A DNA stretch of 64,000 nt from the NCBI GenBank assembly GCA_947625885.1, contig CANQQA010000004.1, positions 1,838-65,837 of the forward strand, read 5' to 3'. Positions 37,402 to 47,854 of this stretch are shown in pieces (position 1 is the first letter of the stretch; each line of letters begins with the position of its first letter). The notes under the pieces are model-generated. The model did not search any database and was not told where the DNA came from. It saw only the letters and a program-made list of their open reading frames with translations. Origin of the DNA: an uncultured Bacteroidales bacterium (GTDB taxonomy: Bacteria; Bacteroidota; Bacteroidia; Bacteroidales; UBA11471). The translations under genes were made by a program, and so were the position numbers.

Positions 37402-37409
37402 CAAATTTA
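37402..37409 (-). promoter_or_regulatory. -7 box TAAATTTG for the DUF4301-like gene
   Basis: The plus strand reads CAAATTTA, 47 nt upstream of the ATG at 37355, in a divergent intergenic region. Confidence 0.4.
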
Positions 37410-37454
37410 GAAAAAAACATCGAGAAAAACAACATTCATCGAATAAAAAAATCT

Positions 37455-37462
37455 TATATTTG
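37455..37462 (+). promoter_or_regulatory. -7 box TATATTTG for relA/spoT
   Basis: Lies 29 nt upstream of the ATG at 37491. Confidence 0.45.
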
Positions 37463-37490
37463 AATCGGTTTTCAATTTCAGAGGCAAATC

Positions 37491-39722
37491 ATGGAGAAAA
37501 TGGAATATTTTTCCGACGCCGAACGAAAAGAGTTTTGGCCGCTTTATCGGGCGCTGTTCCGCTCGGCGCGCGCCCTTATCGGAGAAAAAGAATTTCTGTT
37601 TTTGCGCCGCCACATTTCCGACGCCGTGCAATCGGGCAGCTACCTGCGCGACGGCAACGGTATCAACCGTCTGCTGCGCGACATCGCCACCGCTCTCATT
37701 CTGTCGCAGGAAGTGGGGCTCGACCGCAGCACGCTGGCTGCCGTGCTCACCTGCAACCTCGTGGTGGAAAACCGGCTTGCGACCGAGCAGGTGGAGGAGC
37801 TTTTCGGCGCGGACTGCGTGAAAATCATTCGCGGACTCATCAAAGCCAACAGCCTCTACGCCAAGCAGGAAACGGTGCAGAGCGACAACTTCCGCAACCT
37901 GCTGCTCACTTTCGCCGAAGACGTGCGGGTAATCATCATCATGATTGCCGACCGGCTGTGCCTCATGCGCATGATAAACCATCACCCGAACAATAAATTC
38001 CGCGAAAACGTGGCTTACGAGGCGTCGTACCTCTACGCTCCCCTCGCCCACCGGCTGGGGCTGTACCGCATCAAGACGGAGCTGGAAGACCTCGCGCTGA
38101 AATACACCAACCGCGAAGCCTACGACCGCATCGCCCGCAAACTGAGCGAAACCAAAGAGTCGCGCGACCGGTACATACGCGCATTCATCGCCCCCATTCA
38201 GGAAAAGCTGACGGCGGCTGCACTGAAATTCGAGATAAAGGGTCGGGTGAAATCCATTTCGTCGATTCTGAACAAGATACGGAAACAGAACGTCGATATA
38301 GAGGGCATATACGACCTCTTTGCCATACGGGTGGTGCTCGACTCGCCGCCCGACCGAGAGTCGGCAGAGTGCTGGCACGTCTACTCCATCGTTACCGATA
38401 TGTACCGCCCCAACCCGAAGCGGCTGAAAGACTGGCTGTCGGTGCCCAAAAGCAACGGCTACGAATCGCTGCACATCACCGTGTGGGGTCCCGAAGACCG
38501 CTGGGTGGAGGTGCAGATACGCACCAAACGCATGGACGAAATCGCCGAGCGGGGACTCGCCGCCCACTGGAAATACAAGGGCATCAAAAGCGAAAAGGGG
38601 CTCGACGACTGGCTCAACAACGTGCGCGACGTGCTGGAATCGGGCGAGGGCGGTCCGCTGGAACTGATGAAAGAGTTTCGCATGGACCTCTACGACAAAG
38701 AGGTTTTCGTGTTCTCGCCCAAAGGCGACCTCTACAAACTGGCGAAAGGGGCGACGGTGCTCGACTTCGCCTTTCTGATACACACCCGCATCGGCTGCAA
38801 ATGTACGGGCGCGAAAGTGAACGGCAAAAACCAGACGATACGCTACAAACTCAAAAGCGGCGACACCATCGAGGTGATAACCGCGCCCGCCCAAACGCCC
38901 AAACAGGAGTGGCTGTCGATTGCCACTACCTCGAAAGCGCGAGTGAAAATAAAACAAGCCCTCAACGAAATTGAGCACAAAGAGGCAGATCTCGGGAAAG
39001 AGCTGCTCACCCGCCGTTTCAAAAACCGGAAAATCGAGGTGAACGAATCGGTGCTGATGAAGGTGATGCGGAAAATGGGTTACAAAACCGTTACCGACTT
39101 CTACTGCGCGCTGGCTCAGGAGAAAATCGACGCCAACGACGTGCTCGACAGCTACCACGAAACAGAGCGAAAAGAGAAAGAGAACGAAGAAAATGCCGAA
39201 AACCGCACGGCGGAAAATTTCGTCGCCGCACCGGTGCCCGTCGATGAAGCTGGCGAAGACGAAGTCGTCATCGACCAGAACATCAAAGGGTTGGATTACA
39301 AGTTAGCGAAGTGTTGCAACCCGATATTCGGCGACAAGGTGTTCGGCTTCGTTTCGTCACAGGGAAGCATCAAGATACACCGCACCGACTGTCCCAACGC
39401 CGAAAACCTGCGGACGCAGTTCGGCTACCGCATCGTCAAGGCGCGCTGGTCGGGCAAGCAGGGTTCGCAATACGCCATCGTGCTGCGGGTGGTGGGCAAC
39501 GACGACATCGGCATCGTAACCAACATCACTTCCATTATCTCCAAAGAGAAACGGGTGATGATGCGCAACATCTCCATCGACTCCGACGACGGACTGTTTC
39601 AAGGGCACATCACCGTACTCGTCGATGATACGACGGCACTCAACGCCCTGATAAAGAAATTGAAAACCGTCAAAGGGGTGAAAAACGTAACGCGCGAAAC
39701 GTTCTACCCGCAAAAAGATTGA
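37491..39722 (+). CDS. relA: Bifunctional (p)ppGpp synthetase/hydrolase (RelA/SpoT homologue)
   Basis: 743 aa with a hydrolase-domain region, a synthetase core (YESLHITVWGPEDRWVEVQIRTKRMDEIAERGLAAHWKYKG), a TGS domain (VFVFSPKGDLYKLAKGATVLDFAF) and a C-terminal ACT-like domain. Confidence 0.93.
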   Translation: MEKMEYFSDAERKEFWPLYRALFRSARALIGEKEFLFLRRHISDAVQSGSYLRDGNGINRLLRDIATALILSQEVGLDRSTLAAVLTCNLVVENRLATEQVEELFGADCVKIIRGLIKANSLYAKQETVQSDNFRNLLLTFAEDVRVIIIMIADRLCLMRMINHHPNNKFRENVAYEASYLYAPLAHRLGLYRIKTELEDLALKYTNREAYDRIARKLSETKESRDRYIRAFIAPIQEKLTAAALKFEIKGRVKSISSILNKIRKQNVDIEGIYDLFAIRVVLDSPPDRESAECWHVYSIVTDMYRPNPKRLKDWLSVPKSNGYESLHITVWGPEDRWVEVQIRTKRMDEIAERGLAAHWKYKGIKSEKGLDDWLNNVRDVLESGEGGPLELMKEFRMDLYDKEVFVFSPKGDLYKLAKGATVLDFAFLIHTRIGCKCTGAKVNGKNQTIRYKLKSGDTIEVITAPAQTPKQEWLSIATTSKARVKIKQALNEIEHKEADLGKELLTRRFKNRKIEVNESVLMKVMRKMGYKTVTDFYCALAQEKIDANDVLDSYHETERKEKENEENAENRTAENFVAAPVPVDEAGEDEVVIDQNIKGLDYKLAKCCNPIFGDKVFGFVSSQGSIKIHRTDCPNAENLRTQFGYRIVKARWSGKQGSQYAIVLRVVGNDDIGIVTNITSIISKEKRVMMRNISIDSDDGLFQGHITVLVDDTTALNALIKKLKTVKGVKNVTRETFYPQKD

Positions 39723-39725
39723 CCC

Positions 39726-40577
39726 ATGACACACCGCCCCCTTTCCATACTGCTGCTCGCCGCACTGCTCGCCCTGCTCTCTTTCTGCGGGTGCCGGAGA
39801 CACACCGAAGCCGAAACGCTGTACCGACGGGCGGAACAGGCATTCGGAGAGGGCGCATACAGCTCCGCCCAACGCCTCATCGACTCCATTCCGGAAGTCG
39901 ATGCTACGGCATTCACATGGATACGGCGGGGCACGATGCTCAACCAACGCATCATTCTCGAATACAACCGGCGAAACCTCGCCTACTTGGACAGTATTTT
40001 GCCGGAGGTACAGAGGGAGGAACGGAAAATGGCATCGGAGTTCGTCCCTATCTTCGACCCCGAATCTTTGAGCGACACGCTCTATTACCATTTTGCCGAC
40101 CGCTACGCCGGACGCACCGACACCTGCTGTCTGCGCATGGAATTTACCGTCGACGGACGGGCGCGGGTATCGAGCGTATATTGCGGAAAAAAACCGCTGC
40201 GGCACATATCGGCAAAAGCCGAACTGCCCGACGGCTCGTATGCCCTCACCCCCACCGTACCCTACGACGACGCGCGAAATTACCGCTTCATGCGTCCCGA
40301 CGGCAGGTATAGCGAAGTGGTGTGCTACACGGGACGCAGCCTGCGCCCCTTTGTGGAAATCATCGCCACCACCGGCGAAAAGCCGATAAAAATTTCGTAT
40401 GCCGGCGAACACCCCTATTCTTATTATCTGTCGAAAGAAAACCGGCGCTCGTTCGAGAAGTGTTACCGATACCTCTATCTCAAACACCGCGTCCGCCGCT
40501 TGGAACAGAACAAAGAGCTTGCCGAAAGGACTATCGAACTGCTCTCGCGCCAGCTCGCCGAAGAAAACGATTGGTAA
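39726..40577 (+). CDS. Hypothetical lipoprotein
   Basis: Starts 3 nt after the relA stop. Signal peptide plus lipobox ([10 protein letters not shown]). Helical N-terminal and C-terminal segments. No recognisable family. Confidence 0.7.
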   Translation: MTHRPLSILLLAALLALLSFCGCRRHTEAETLYRRAEQAFGEGAYSSAQRLIDSIPEVDATAFTWIRRGTMLNQRIILEYNRRNLAYLDSILPEVQREERKMASEFVPIFDPESLSDTLYYHFADRYAGRTDTCCLRMEFTVDGRARVSSVYCGKKPLRHISAKAELPDGSYALTPTVPYDDARNYRFMRPDGRYSEVVCYTGRSLRPFVEIIATTGEKPIKISYAGEHPYSYYLSKENRRSFEKCYRYLYLKHRVRRLEQNKELAERTIELLSRQLAEENDW

Positions 40578-40636
40578 TAAAAAACGTATCGGCAGCGATT
40601 CTTGTCGTCCCATACGGAATTTTCAAAGAAATTTTC

Positions 40637-40644
40637 TACCTTTG
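40637..40644 (+). promoter_or_regulatory. -7 box TACCTTTG upstream of aroC
   Basis: Lies 64 nt upstream of the ATG at 40708. Confidence 0.4.
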
Positions 40645-40707
40645 CTTACGGAAAGGGTCGCATACCGGCAAATCGATATGCACCGCCAACCCGATAAAAC
40701 AGATACG

Positions 40708-41784
40708 ATGATGAACAGTTTCGGACACATTTTCAGGCTTACCTCTTTCGGGGAGTCGCACGGCAAAGCCGTAGGCGGCGTGATAGACGGAATGCCCGCC
40801 GGAGTGAAAATCGACATGGACTTCATACAGCGGGAGCTCGACCGCCGGCGCCCGGGGCAGTCGGACATCGTTACCGCCCGACAGGAGAGCGACCGCGTAG
40901 AGCTGCTTTCCGGCGTTTTCGAGGGACGCTCCACCGGCACGCCGATAGGCTTCGCCGTTTACAACCAAGACCAGCACTCCGCCGATTACGATATGCTGCG
41001 CAACTGCTACCGCCCCTCGCATGCCGATTATACCTACACGCAGAAATACGGCATACGCGACCATCGGGGCGGAGGTCGTTCGTCGGCGCGCGAAACGATA
41101 GCCCGCTGCGTGGCGGGTGCGCTGGCGAAACTCGCCCTGCGCCCGCTCGGCATAGAGATACACGCCTACACTTCGCAGGTGGGCGACATCGTACTGCCCG
41201 GAACCTACACCGATTACGACCTTTCGCAAACCGACAGCAACAGCGTGCGCTGCCCCGACGAGGAAACGGCGCGGCAAATGATCAACCTCATTTCGGAAGT
41301 GAAAGCCGCCGGCGACACGATAGGCGGCATCATCACCGGTGTGGCACGCGGCATTCCTGCCGGATTGGGCGAACCGGTATTCCACAAACTGCACGCCGAC
41401 CTCGGCGCCGCCATGTTGGGAATCAATGCGGTGAAAGGCTTTGAATACGGCATGGGATTTGCCGGTGCGGCACATCGCGGCTCGGAAATGAACGATGCGT
41501 TCATCGTGCGCGACGGTGTCGTAACGACGGCGACCAACCATTCGGGCGGCATACAGGGCGGCATATCCAACGGACAGGACATTTGTTTCCGCGTCGCCTT
41601 CAAACCCGTCGCCACGCTGCTGCAAGAGGTCGATACGGTCGATGCGGAGGGCAATCCCGTCGTGCTCAAAGCGCGCGGACGCCACGACCCCTGCGTTCTG
41701 CCCCGCGCCGTGCCGGTGGTTGAAGCCATGACCGCCATGGTGGTGCTCGACCACTACCTGCTGAACAAAACACACCATATTTAA
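40708..41784 (+). CDS. aroC: Chorismate synthase
   Basis: Canonical N-terminus [32 protein letters not shown], plus RPGHADYTY-like (RPSHADYTY) and GRHDPCV blocks. The upstream part of the track ORF (from 40399) overlaps the preceding gene and is rejected. Confidence 0.93.
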   Translation: MMNSFGHIFRLTSFGESHGKAVGGVIDGMPAGVKIDMDFIQRELDRRRPGQSDIVTARQESDRVELLSGVFEGRSTGTPIGFAVYNQDQHSADYDMLRNCYRPSHADYTYTQKYGIRDHRGGGRSSARETIARCVAGALAKLALRPLGIEIHAYTSQVGDIVLPGTYTDYDLSQTDSNSVRCPDEETARQMINLISEVKAAGDTIGGIITGVARGIPAGLGEPVFHKLHADLGAAMLGINAVKGFEYGMGFAGAAHRGSEMNDAFIVRDGVVTTATNHSGGIQGGISNGQDICFRVAFKPVATLLQEVDTVDAEGNPVVLKARGRHDPCVLPRAVPVVEAMTAMVVLDHYLLNKTHHI

Positions 41785-41795
41785 CCTATACCCCT

Positions 41796-43154
41796 ATGGA
41801 CTTTCAATCGTACCTCGAAGCGCACCGCGCCCGTTTCCGCGAAGAGCTGTTCTCGCTCATTCGCATTCCCTCCATCAGTTCCGATTCCGCGCACAAAGCC
41901 GACATGACGGCTTGCGCCGAACGGTGGCGCGAACTGCTGCTCGCCGCCGGAGCCGACCGCGCGGAAGTGCTGCCCACGTCGGCATCGCCCGTCGTTTTCG
42001 CCGAGAAGATTCTCGACGCCTCCTACCCGACCGTGCTGGTTTACGGACACTACGACGTGATGCCCGTCGAGCCGCTCGAACTGTGGAAAACCTCGCCTTT
42101 CGAGCCGGTAATCGAAAACGACATTTTATACGCACGCGGCGCCGACGACGACAAAGGACAGTCGTTCTTGCAGCTCAAAGCCTTTGAATATGCCCTGAAA
42201 GAGGGGCTGCTGCGCTGCAACGTGAAATTTATCATCGAGGGCGGCGAAGAAATCGGCTCGCCCGGCGTGGCGGAATTTTGTCGGGAAAACAAAGATCTGT
42301 TGCGTGCCGACGTCATGCTGGTGTCGGACACCAGTATGGTGGGCGCGGAAATGCCGTCGATTACAACCGGTCTGCGCGGACTGGCATACTGGCAAATCGA
42401 AGTTACGGGTCCCAACCACGACCTCCATTCGGGCATATTCGGCGGCGCGGTAGCCAACCCCGTGAACGTGCTCTGCAAACTCATCGCCGGCATGACCGAT
42501 GCCGACGGACGCATCACCCTGCCCGGATTTTACGACGACGTGGAAAACGTGTCGCCGCAAGAACGCGCCATGCTGGCTGCCGTGCCCTATGACGAGGAGA
42601 AATACAAAGCCAACATCGGCGTACAAGCGTTGTGCGGAGAGAAAGGCTATACGACATTGGAACGGACGGCGATACGCCCGACATTCGACGTGTGCGGCAT
42701 CTGGGGCGGATATACGGGCGAAGGGGCGAAAACCGTCCTGCCGTCGAAAGCCTTTGCCAAAATATCCTGCCGGCTGGTGCCCCACCAGAATCACGAAAAA
42801 ATCGCGCAGATGATGATCGACCACCTGCGCCGCATCGCTCCCGCTGGCGTACAGATAGAAATCACGTCGATGCACGGCGGCGAAAGCTACGTGTGCCCCA
42901 TCGACCTGCCGGCATACAAAGCCGCCGAAAAGGGGTATGAAGAGGCATTCGGCAAACGCCCGCTCGCCGTGCGGCGCGGCGGAAGCATTCCTATCATCGC
43001 CGTATTCGAGAAAGAGCTGGGCATCAAATCCATACTGATGGGATTCGGTCTCGAAAGCGACGCCACCCATTCGCCCAACGAAAATATGCCGCTCGACATC
43101 ATGCGCAAAGGCATCAAGGCAATCATCGGATTTTACAAACATTTCGGGAAATAA
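41796..43154 (+). CDS. M20-family metallopeptidase (dipeptidase / ArgE-DapE-like)
   Basis: Metal-ligand blocks YGHYDVMPV, RGADDDKGQ, IEGGEEIGS and a C-terminal HSPNE. Confidence 0.85.
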   Translation: MDFQSYLEAHRARFREELFSLIRIPSISSDSAHKADMTACAERWRELLLAAGADRAEVLPTSASPVVFAEKILDASYPTVLVYGHYDVMPVEPLELWKTSPFEPVIENDILYARGADDDKGQSFLQLKAFEYALKEGLLRCNVKFIIEGGEEIGSPGVAEFCRENKDLLRADVMLVSDTSMVGAEMPSITTGLRGLAYWQIEVTGPNHDLHSGIFGGAVANPVNVLCKLIAGMTDADGRITLPGFYDDVENVSPQERAMLAAVPYDEEKYKANIGVQALCGEKGYTTLERTAIRPTFDVCGIWGGYTGEGAKTVLPSKAFAKISCRLVPHQNHEKIAQMMIDHLRRIAPAGVQIEITSMHGGESYVCPIDLPAYKAAEKGYEEAFGKRPLAVRRGGSIPIIAVFEKELGIKSILMGFGLESDATHSPNENMPLDIMRKGIKAIIGFYKHFGK

Positions 43155-43167
43155 ATACGATAATACC

Positions 43168-44118
43168 GTGAAAAAATACCTGCATTATTTTCTGTGCGCT
43201 GCGGCGATTGCCGCTTTCGCCGCCTGCTCCGACGACGATGACTATGGCAATGACTCCGTTTTCACGACATATTGTTTGGAGCATTTCGACAGCAACCGAA
43301 ATGGTGTCATCGAAGTCGAAGAGGTAGATACCGTTACCTACCTCGATGTCCGCGAAATGGGCATTACTTCGTTGAAAGATATTGAAAATTTCACGGCTTT
43401 GAGAGAGTTGGTTTGTAGTAACAACCAATTGACCGAATTGGACGTCAGCAAGAATACATCTTTGACGTTTTTGGATTGCAGCGGCAACCAACTGACCGAA
43501 CTGAATCTCAGTAAAAATAAAACTTTAACGAGGTTGTACTGCTATGGCAATCAATTGACCACATTAGACGTCAGCCAAAATACACTTTTGGAATGGCTTC
43601 ATTGCAGCGGCAACCTACTGACAGAACTGGACGTCAGCAAAAACACGGCTTTAACAGGCTTGAATTGCGACGGCAACCAACTGTCAGAATTGAACATCAG
43701 TAAAAATACAGCTTTGAAGGGTTTGGGGTGCGCCAATAACCGACTGACTGAATTGGACATCAGTAAAAATACGGCTTTGACGGATTTGCATTGCTACTAC
43801 AACCAACTGACTGAATTGGACGTCAGTAAAAATACGGATTTGACGGATTTGTATTGCTACCACAACCGACTGACCGAATTGAACGTCAGCAAAAATACCG
43901 CTTTGACAACGTTGTATTGCCACTACAACCAGATTCAGGAATTGGATATTTCCAACACGAATTTAATCAACTGTAAAGGGGATTATCCGCTTCTTTGTGC
44001 ACCGATGAAAACGCTGCAAACGCTCTATTTGAAAACAGGGTGGGAATTGGAAGGCATCAACAAAAATCGTGATATCAGATGTGTCCCCGCACAGACGGAA
44101 ATCAAATACAAAAAGTAA
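43168..44118 (+). CDS. Leucine-rich repeat lipoprotein
   Basis: GTG start. Lipobox (AAFAAC). Eight canonical 21-aa LRR units of the form LTELDVSKNTaLTxLxCxxNQ. Confidence 0.85.
   Translation: MKKYLHYFLCAAAIAAFAACSDDDDYGNDSVFTTYCLEHFDSNRNGVIEVEEVDTVTYLDVREMGITSLKDIENFTALRELVCSNNQLTELDVSKNTSLTFLDCSGNQLTELNLSKNKTLTRLYCYGNQLTTLDVSQNTLLEWLHCSGNLLTELDVSKNTALTGLNCDGNQLSELNISKNTALKGLGCANNRLTELDISKNTALTDLHCYYNQLTELDVSKNTDLTDLYCYHNRLTELNVSKNTALTTLYCHYNQIQELDISNTNLINCKGDYPLLCAPMKTLQTLYLKTGWELEGINKNRDIRCVPAQTEIKYKK
43429..43932 (+). repeat. Eight tandem 63-bp coding repeats (LRR units)
   Basis: The in-frame 63-nt periodicity can be read directly (CAACTGACCGAATTGGACGTCAGCAAAAATAC... recurring). Degenerate units flank both ends. 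Confidence 0.85.
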
Positions 44119-44166
44119 TATCGTGCAAGGCATCGCAGCCATGATAAAATTTTACAAACATCTCGA

Positions 44167-45108
44167 ATGCCGATGACAGCGGAAACCCTACCATACACCG
44201 ATTACGGAAGTTACCTGCGCCGCTGCTTTCCCGATTGCAAAGTACAGAAAATCTCGCTCCATGCGGGATTTTCTTGTCCCAATCGGGACGGTACGAAAGG
44301 GGTGGGCGGGTGTACCTATTGCAACAACCGGACGTTCAGCCCCGACTACTGCCTCACGGGAAAAAGCATCACGGAACAGTTGCGGGAGGGCATCGCTTTC
44401 TTTGCCCGCAAATATCCCGAAATGAAATATCTGGCTTACTTCCAATCCTATACCAACACCTACGGCACGCTCGAACACCTGACGGCGCTCTACGAAGAGG
44501 CGCTGCATCACCGCGATGTGAAAGGGCTGATTATCGGCACGCGCCCCGACTGTATGCCGCAACCGCTGCTCGACTACCTTTCGCACACGGCGCAAAAGCA
44601 TTACGTCATGGTGGAGTACGGCGTGGAGAGTACCGACGATGCCACGCTCGTCCGCATCAATCGGGGACACACGTATGCCGACGCCGCCGATGCCATACGG
44701 CGCACGGCGGCAGCGGGGATTCCCGTCGGAGCGCACCTCATACTGGGGCTGCCCGCCGAGAGCCGCGAACAGATGTTACGACACGCCGACCGGCTCTCGG
44801 AGTTGCCGATTACCTCGCTGAAACTGCACCAGCTACAATTGATACGCCACACCCGCATGGCGCAGGAATATGCCCAAACGCCGCAGGATTTTCACCTTTA
44901 CACGGTCGATGAATACATCGACTTGGTTATCGACTTCATCGAACGGCTGCGACCGGACATCGTGGTGGAACGGTTTGTGTCGCAGTCGCCCGACGAGCTG
45001 CTCATCACACCCCGCTGGGGATTGAAAAACCACGAGTTTACCGCCCGCCTGCTGCGGCGTATGCGCGAACGGGGCAGCCGGCAGGGTCGGCTGTTCGTCG
45101 GGAGATAA
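44167..45108 (+). CDS. TIGR01212-type radical SAM protein
   Basis: N-terminal cysteine cluster SCPNRDGTKGVGGCTYCN and the overall ~310-aa YhcC-like pattern. Confidence 0.82.
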   Translation: MPMTAETLPYTDYGSYLRRCFPDCKVQKISLHAGFSCPNRDGTKGVGGCTYCNNRTFSPDYCLTGKSITEQLREGIAFFARKYPEMKYLAYFQSYTNTYGTLEHLTALYEEALHHRDVKGLIIGTRPDCMPQPLLDYLSHTAQKHYVMVEYGVESTDDATLVRINRGHTYADAADAIRRTAAAGIPVGAHLILGLPAESREQMLRHADRLSELPITSLKLHQLQLIRHTRMAQEYAQTPQDFHLYTVDEYIDLVIDFIERLRPDIVVERFVSQSPDELLITPRWGLKNHEFTARLLRRMRERGSRQGRLFVGR

Positions 45109-45143
45109 AAATTCTTATCGGAGAAAATAAAAGAGGGAACCGG

Positions 45144-46583
45144 CTACTCTGCCGGTTTCTGTTCGTCATCGGCAGGCGCCACATAATTGGCAGCGCCGAG
45201 ATCGGGCGGCGTGCCGTCGGTAAGACGGGGTACTCCAAAGAGGTCGAAAGCGGTGGTGTCGTTGAGATAGCGCACATCGCCCGCCCCCCGCGCCGACGAC
45301 GAATCGGCGATGGTGTAATAAACATAATCCGCGCCCGTGCCCGTCGTCACGAAATCGGGGTCGCCCTCCCACACGCACGACAGGAAATTATCATCGTCCG
45401 TCCCCGCCACCGTAAAAAGGCAGTGGTCGAATGTAACAGGCATACCGACAATATCGGCGGGCGACATCAGCGTACCAAGCCCCACGACGATGCTGTTGGC
45501 TATCGATACGGACGGCAGGTCGGCTGCCGCCGAATCGGTGGTGTCGTAACCGGCAAATACCAGCATCGGAGCCGAAATAATATCCCAGAAATAGTAATTG
45601 GCTATGGTGCAGTGCACCCATTCCGACGGACAGGCGGTAAGGTCGAGCAGCGACGCGCCGGCGTTGGAAAGCTGGCAATTGTAGGCGTTTATGCGGGCGT
45701 GCGAGGCGGAAATGAGCGTGCCTGCCGAATTGTGGACAATCGTATGGTTGAGCGTGAGTTTCTCGCGGGCGATATCGCTCGAATCGATGCGTATGCCCCA
45801 CGACGAGCCGTGCATATCGACGAAATCCCAGCTGTTATCGTAGCTGCCGCTGCCGAAATGCACACCGCCCCACTGTCCGGAGTAATAGTCGTAAGGCAGG
45901 TCGGGAAAGAGGTTGTCGGTGCGGTCGCCCCGCAGGGTAACCCGTTTATCGGCAGTGCCTTGCGCCACCATGCGACCGTCGATGCGCAAATAGGCTTTGT
46001 CGTGCAGGTAGAGGGTCGTGCCTTCGGTCAGCGTCCACGTAACGTCCGGAGCGACCACGAGGCTGTCGTAAATGAGAATCGGCAGTTCAGCGGAAAAGAG
46101 GGTGTCGGCAGAAAGAATTTTTCCGTTGCGAAACACGACGGCATTCTGCCCGTAGGCTTGCAGTTTCACATCTTGGCGCACGCCGTTGGTCAGAAATACG
46201 ACCGAATCGCGCACGAGAAAAGGCGTCTTTTCATCGGTGGGGTCGATATTCGCCTCGACGAATACGAGCAAACTGTCTTTCGCATCGAGCACGATAGAAC
46301 CCACGTCGGGACCCTTCTCGCCATCGACGTTGATGAAGAAGCCCGAGCGGGCGGCATCTGCCAGCGTAACCGACTCGATGCGCACCGCCTCCTTGTTGCG
46401 GTTGTACACGCTGAACATCGCCGTCGCCGTGCCCTTGTCGGTAAACACGGTGTCGAAGCTCACGACGTCGGTCGAAAACGACAGCACGCAAGCGGGATCA
46501 TTGCTTATCTTTTCGTCGAAACAGCCTGCCGCCGAAAACAGCAGGAGCAATGCGAACAGCGTATGGAGCGCAGCTTTTTTCAT
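45144..46583 (-). CDS. Hypothetical lipoprotein (Ig-like N-domain plus probable beta-helix)
   Basis: Lipobox (LLFSAAGC). The N-terminal beta-sandwich-like segment and repetitive short beta-strand pattern (NHTIVHNS, YNCQLSNA, VHCTIAN) suggest a right-handed beta-helix. Divergent from lpxB. Confidence 0.68.
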   Translation of the reverse strand: MKKAALHTLFALLLLFSAAGCFDEKISNDPACVLSFSTDVVSFDTVFTDKGTATAMFSVYNRNKEAVRIESVTLADAARSGFFINVDGEKGPDVGSIVLDAKDSLLVFVEANIDPTDEKTPFLVRDSVVFLTNGVRQDVKLQAYGQNAVVFRNGKILSADTLFSAELPILIYDSLVVAPDVTWTLTEGTTLYLHDKAYLRIDGRMVAQGTADKRVTLRGDRTDNLFPDLPYDYYSGQWGGVHFGSGSYDNSWDFVDMHGSSWGIRIDSSDIAREKLTLNHTIVHNSAGTLISASHARINAYNCQLSNAGASLLDLTACPSEWVHCTIANYYFWDIISAPMLVFAGYDTTDSAAADLPSVSIANSIVVGLGTLMSPADIVGMPVTFDHCLFTVAGTDDDNFLSCVWEGDPDFVTTGTGADYVYYTIADSSSARGAGDVRYLNDTTAFDLFGVPRLTDGTPPDLGAANYVAPADDEQKPAE

Positions 46584-46680
46584 ACAGTTAAATAACGCCG
46601 TTCACCGCTTTTTATTGCCTCGATTTTCTTTTCTCGCAAGAAAGTGCAGACCGACATTAGGATAAACGGCAAACTTCGCT

Positions 46681-46688
46681 TACATTTG
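46681..46688 (+). promoter_or_regulatory. -7 box TACATTTG upstream of lpxB
   Basis: Lies 22 nt upstream of the ATG at 46711. Confidence 0.4.
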
Positions 46689-46710
46689 TAGAAACAAAAA
46701 AGCCGCATAT

Positions 46711-47847
46711 ATGAAATATTATCTGATAGCCGGCGAAGCATCGGGCGACCTACACGCCGCCAACCTCATGCGGGCGCTGCAACAGGAAGACCCGCAAGCC
46801 GAATTTCGCTTTTTCGGCGGGGACGCCATGCAGCGGGCAGGCGGCACATTGGTGCGCCACTACCGCGATATGGCTTACATGGGATTCGTGCAGGTGGCTC
46901 TCCATATCCGGCAGGTGCTCGGCAACATCGCCTTGTGCAAACGCGACATCGAGGAGCATCGCCCCGACCTCTTGATTTTGGTCGATTATCCGGGTTTCAA
47001 TCTGAAAATCGCCCGTTACGCCAAAGAGCGGCTGGGACTTCCCGTACATTATTATATATCGCCGAAAATCTGGGCGTGGAAAGAGTACCGCATCAAAGAG
47101 ATAAAACGGTACATCGACCGGCTCTATTCGATACTCCCCTTCGAGGTCGATTTTTACCGCCGGCACGACTACCGCATCGACTACGTGGGAAACCCGACGG
47201 TCGATGAACTGGCGGCGCGCCCCGATGCCGACGAGACATTCGCCCACTTCGCGGCGGAAAACCGGCTGCCCGACAAACCGATTATCGCTCTGCTGCCCGG
47301 AAGCCGGCTGGCGGAGATACGCGACAACCTCGCCCGCATGATCGAGGCGGTCGCTGCCTTCGGCGAATATCAGGCGGTCATCGCCGGCGCGCCCGGCGTG
47401 CCCGAAACATTTTACGCGCCCTACCTGCGCGAAGGGCAGGTGTCGATTGTGTTCGGCAAAACCTACCGGCTGCTGCAACAGGCGCGGGCTGCGCTCGTAA
47501 CGTCGGGCACGGCGACGCTTGAAACGGGCTTGCTGCGCGTTCCGCAGGTGGTCGGGTACTATATGCGGGGCGGACGGTTTACCTATTCGTTTTTCCGCCG
47601 GCTGATAAAAGTCGATTACGCCTCGCTCGTCAATCTGATAGCCGACGCCCCGATTGTCAAAGAGCTGCTGGTGCATCACTTTTCGGTAGAGAACCTGCGC
47701 CGCGAACTCGCCCCGCTGCTCGGCGACACGCCGCAGCGGGCTGCCATGCTGAAAGGATACGACGAAGTGGCGGCACGGCTCGGCAGTGCGGGCGCTCCGG
47801 CACGCGCCGCCCGCCTTATCGTCGAAAGCCTGCAAGCCAATAAATAA
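46711..47847 (+). CDS. lpxB: Lipid-A-disaccharide synthase
   Basis: Canonical N-terminus MKYYLIAGEASGDLHAANLM and the GT19 pattern throughout. Confidence 0.92.
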   Translation: MKYYLIAGEASGDLHAANLMRALQQEDPQAEFRFFGGDAMQRAGGTLVRHYRDMAYMGFVQVALHIRQVLGNIALCKRDIEEHRPDLLILVDYPGFNLKIARYAKERLGLPVHYYISPKIWAWKEYRIKEIKRYIDRLYSILPFEVDFYRRHDYRIDYVGNPTVDELAARPDADETFAHFAAENRLPDKPIIALLPGSRLAEIRDNLARMIEAVAAFGEYQAVIAGAPGVPETFYAPYLREGQVSIVFGKTYRLLQQARAALVTSGTATLETGLLRVPQVVGYYMRGGRFTYSFFRRLIKVDYASLVNLIADAPIVKELLVHHFSVENLRRELAPLLGDTPQRAAMLKGYDEVAARLGSAGAPARAARLIVESLQANK

Positions 47848-47854
47848 AACCACC

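Noticed and set aside
37407-39158. 583-aa minus-strand ORF opposite relA/spoT, and 39357-40613 (418 aa) opposite the relA 3' end and the lipoprotein gene.
   Set aside because: RelA/SpoT synthetase, TGS and ACT motifs are unambiguous on the plus strand. The antisense ORFs are His/Val/Phe/Gly-rich with no motifs, and the second would have to overlap two plus-strand genes.
40399-40707. N-terminal extension of the aroC ORF.
   Set aside because: It overlaps the 3' end of the upstream lipoprotein gene and the intergenic promoter region. Chorismate synthase homology starts exactly at the ATG at 40708.
43429-43932. The regular 63-bp repeats could superficially resemble a CRISPR array.
   Set aside because: There are no unique spacers. 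The repeats are contiguous, in frame and encode canonical LRR units inside a lipoprotein gene. No cas genes are in the window.
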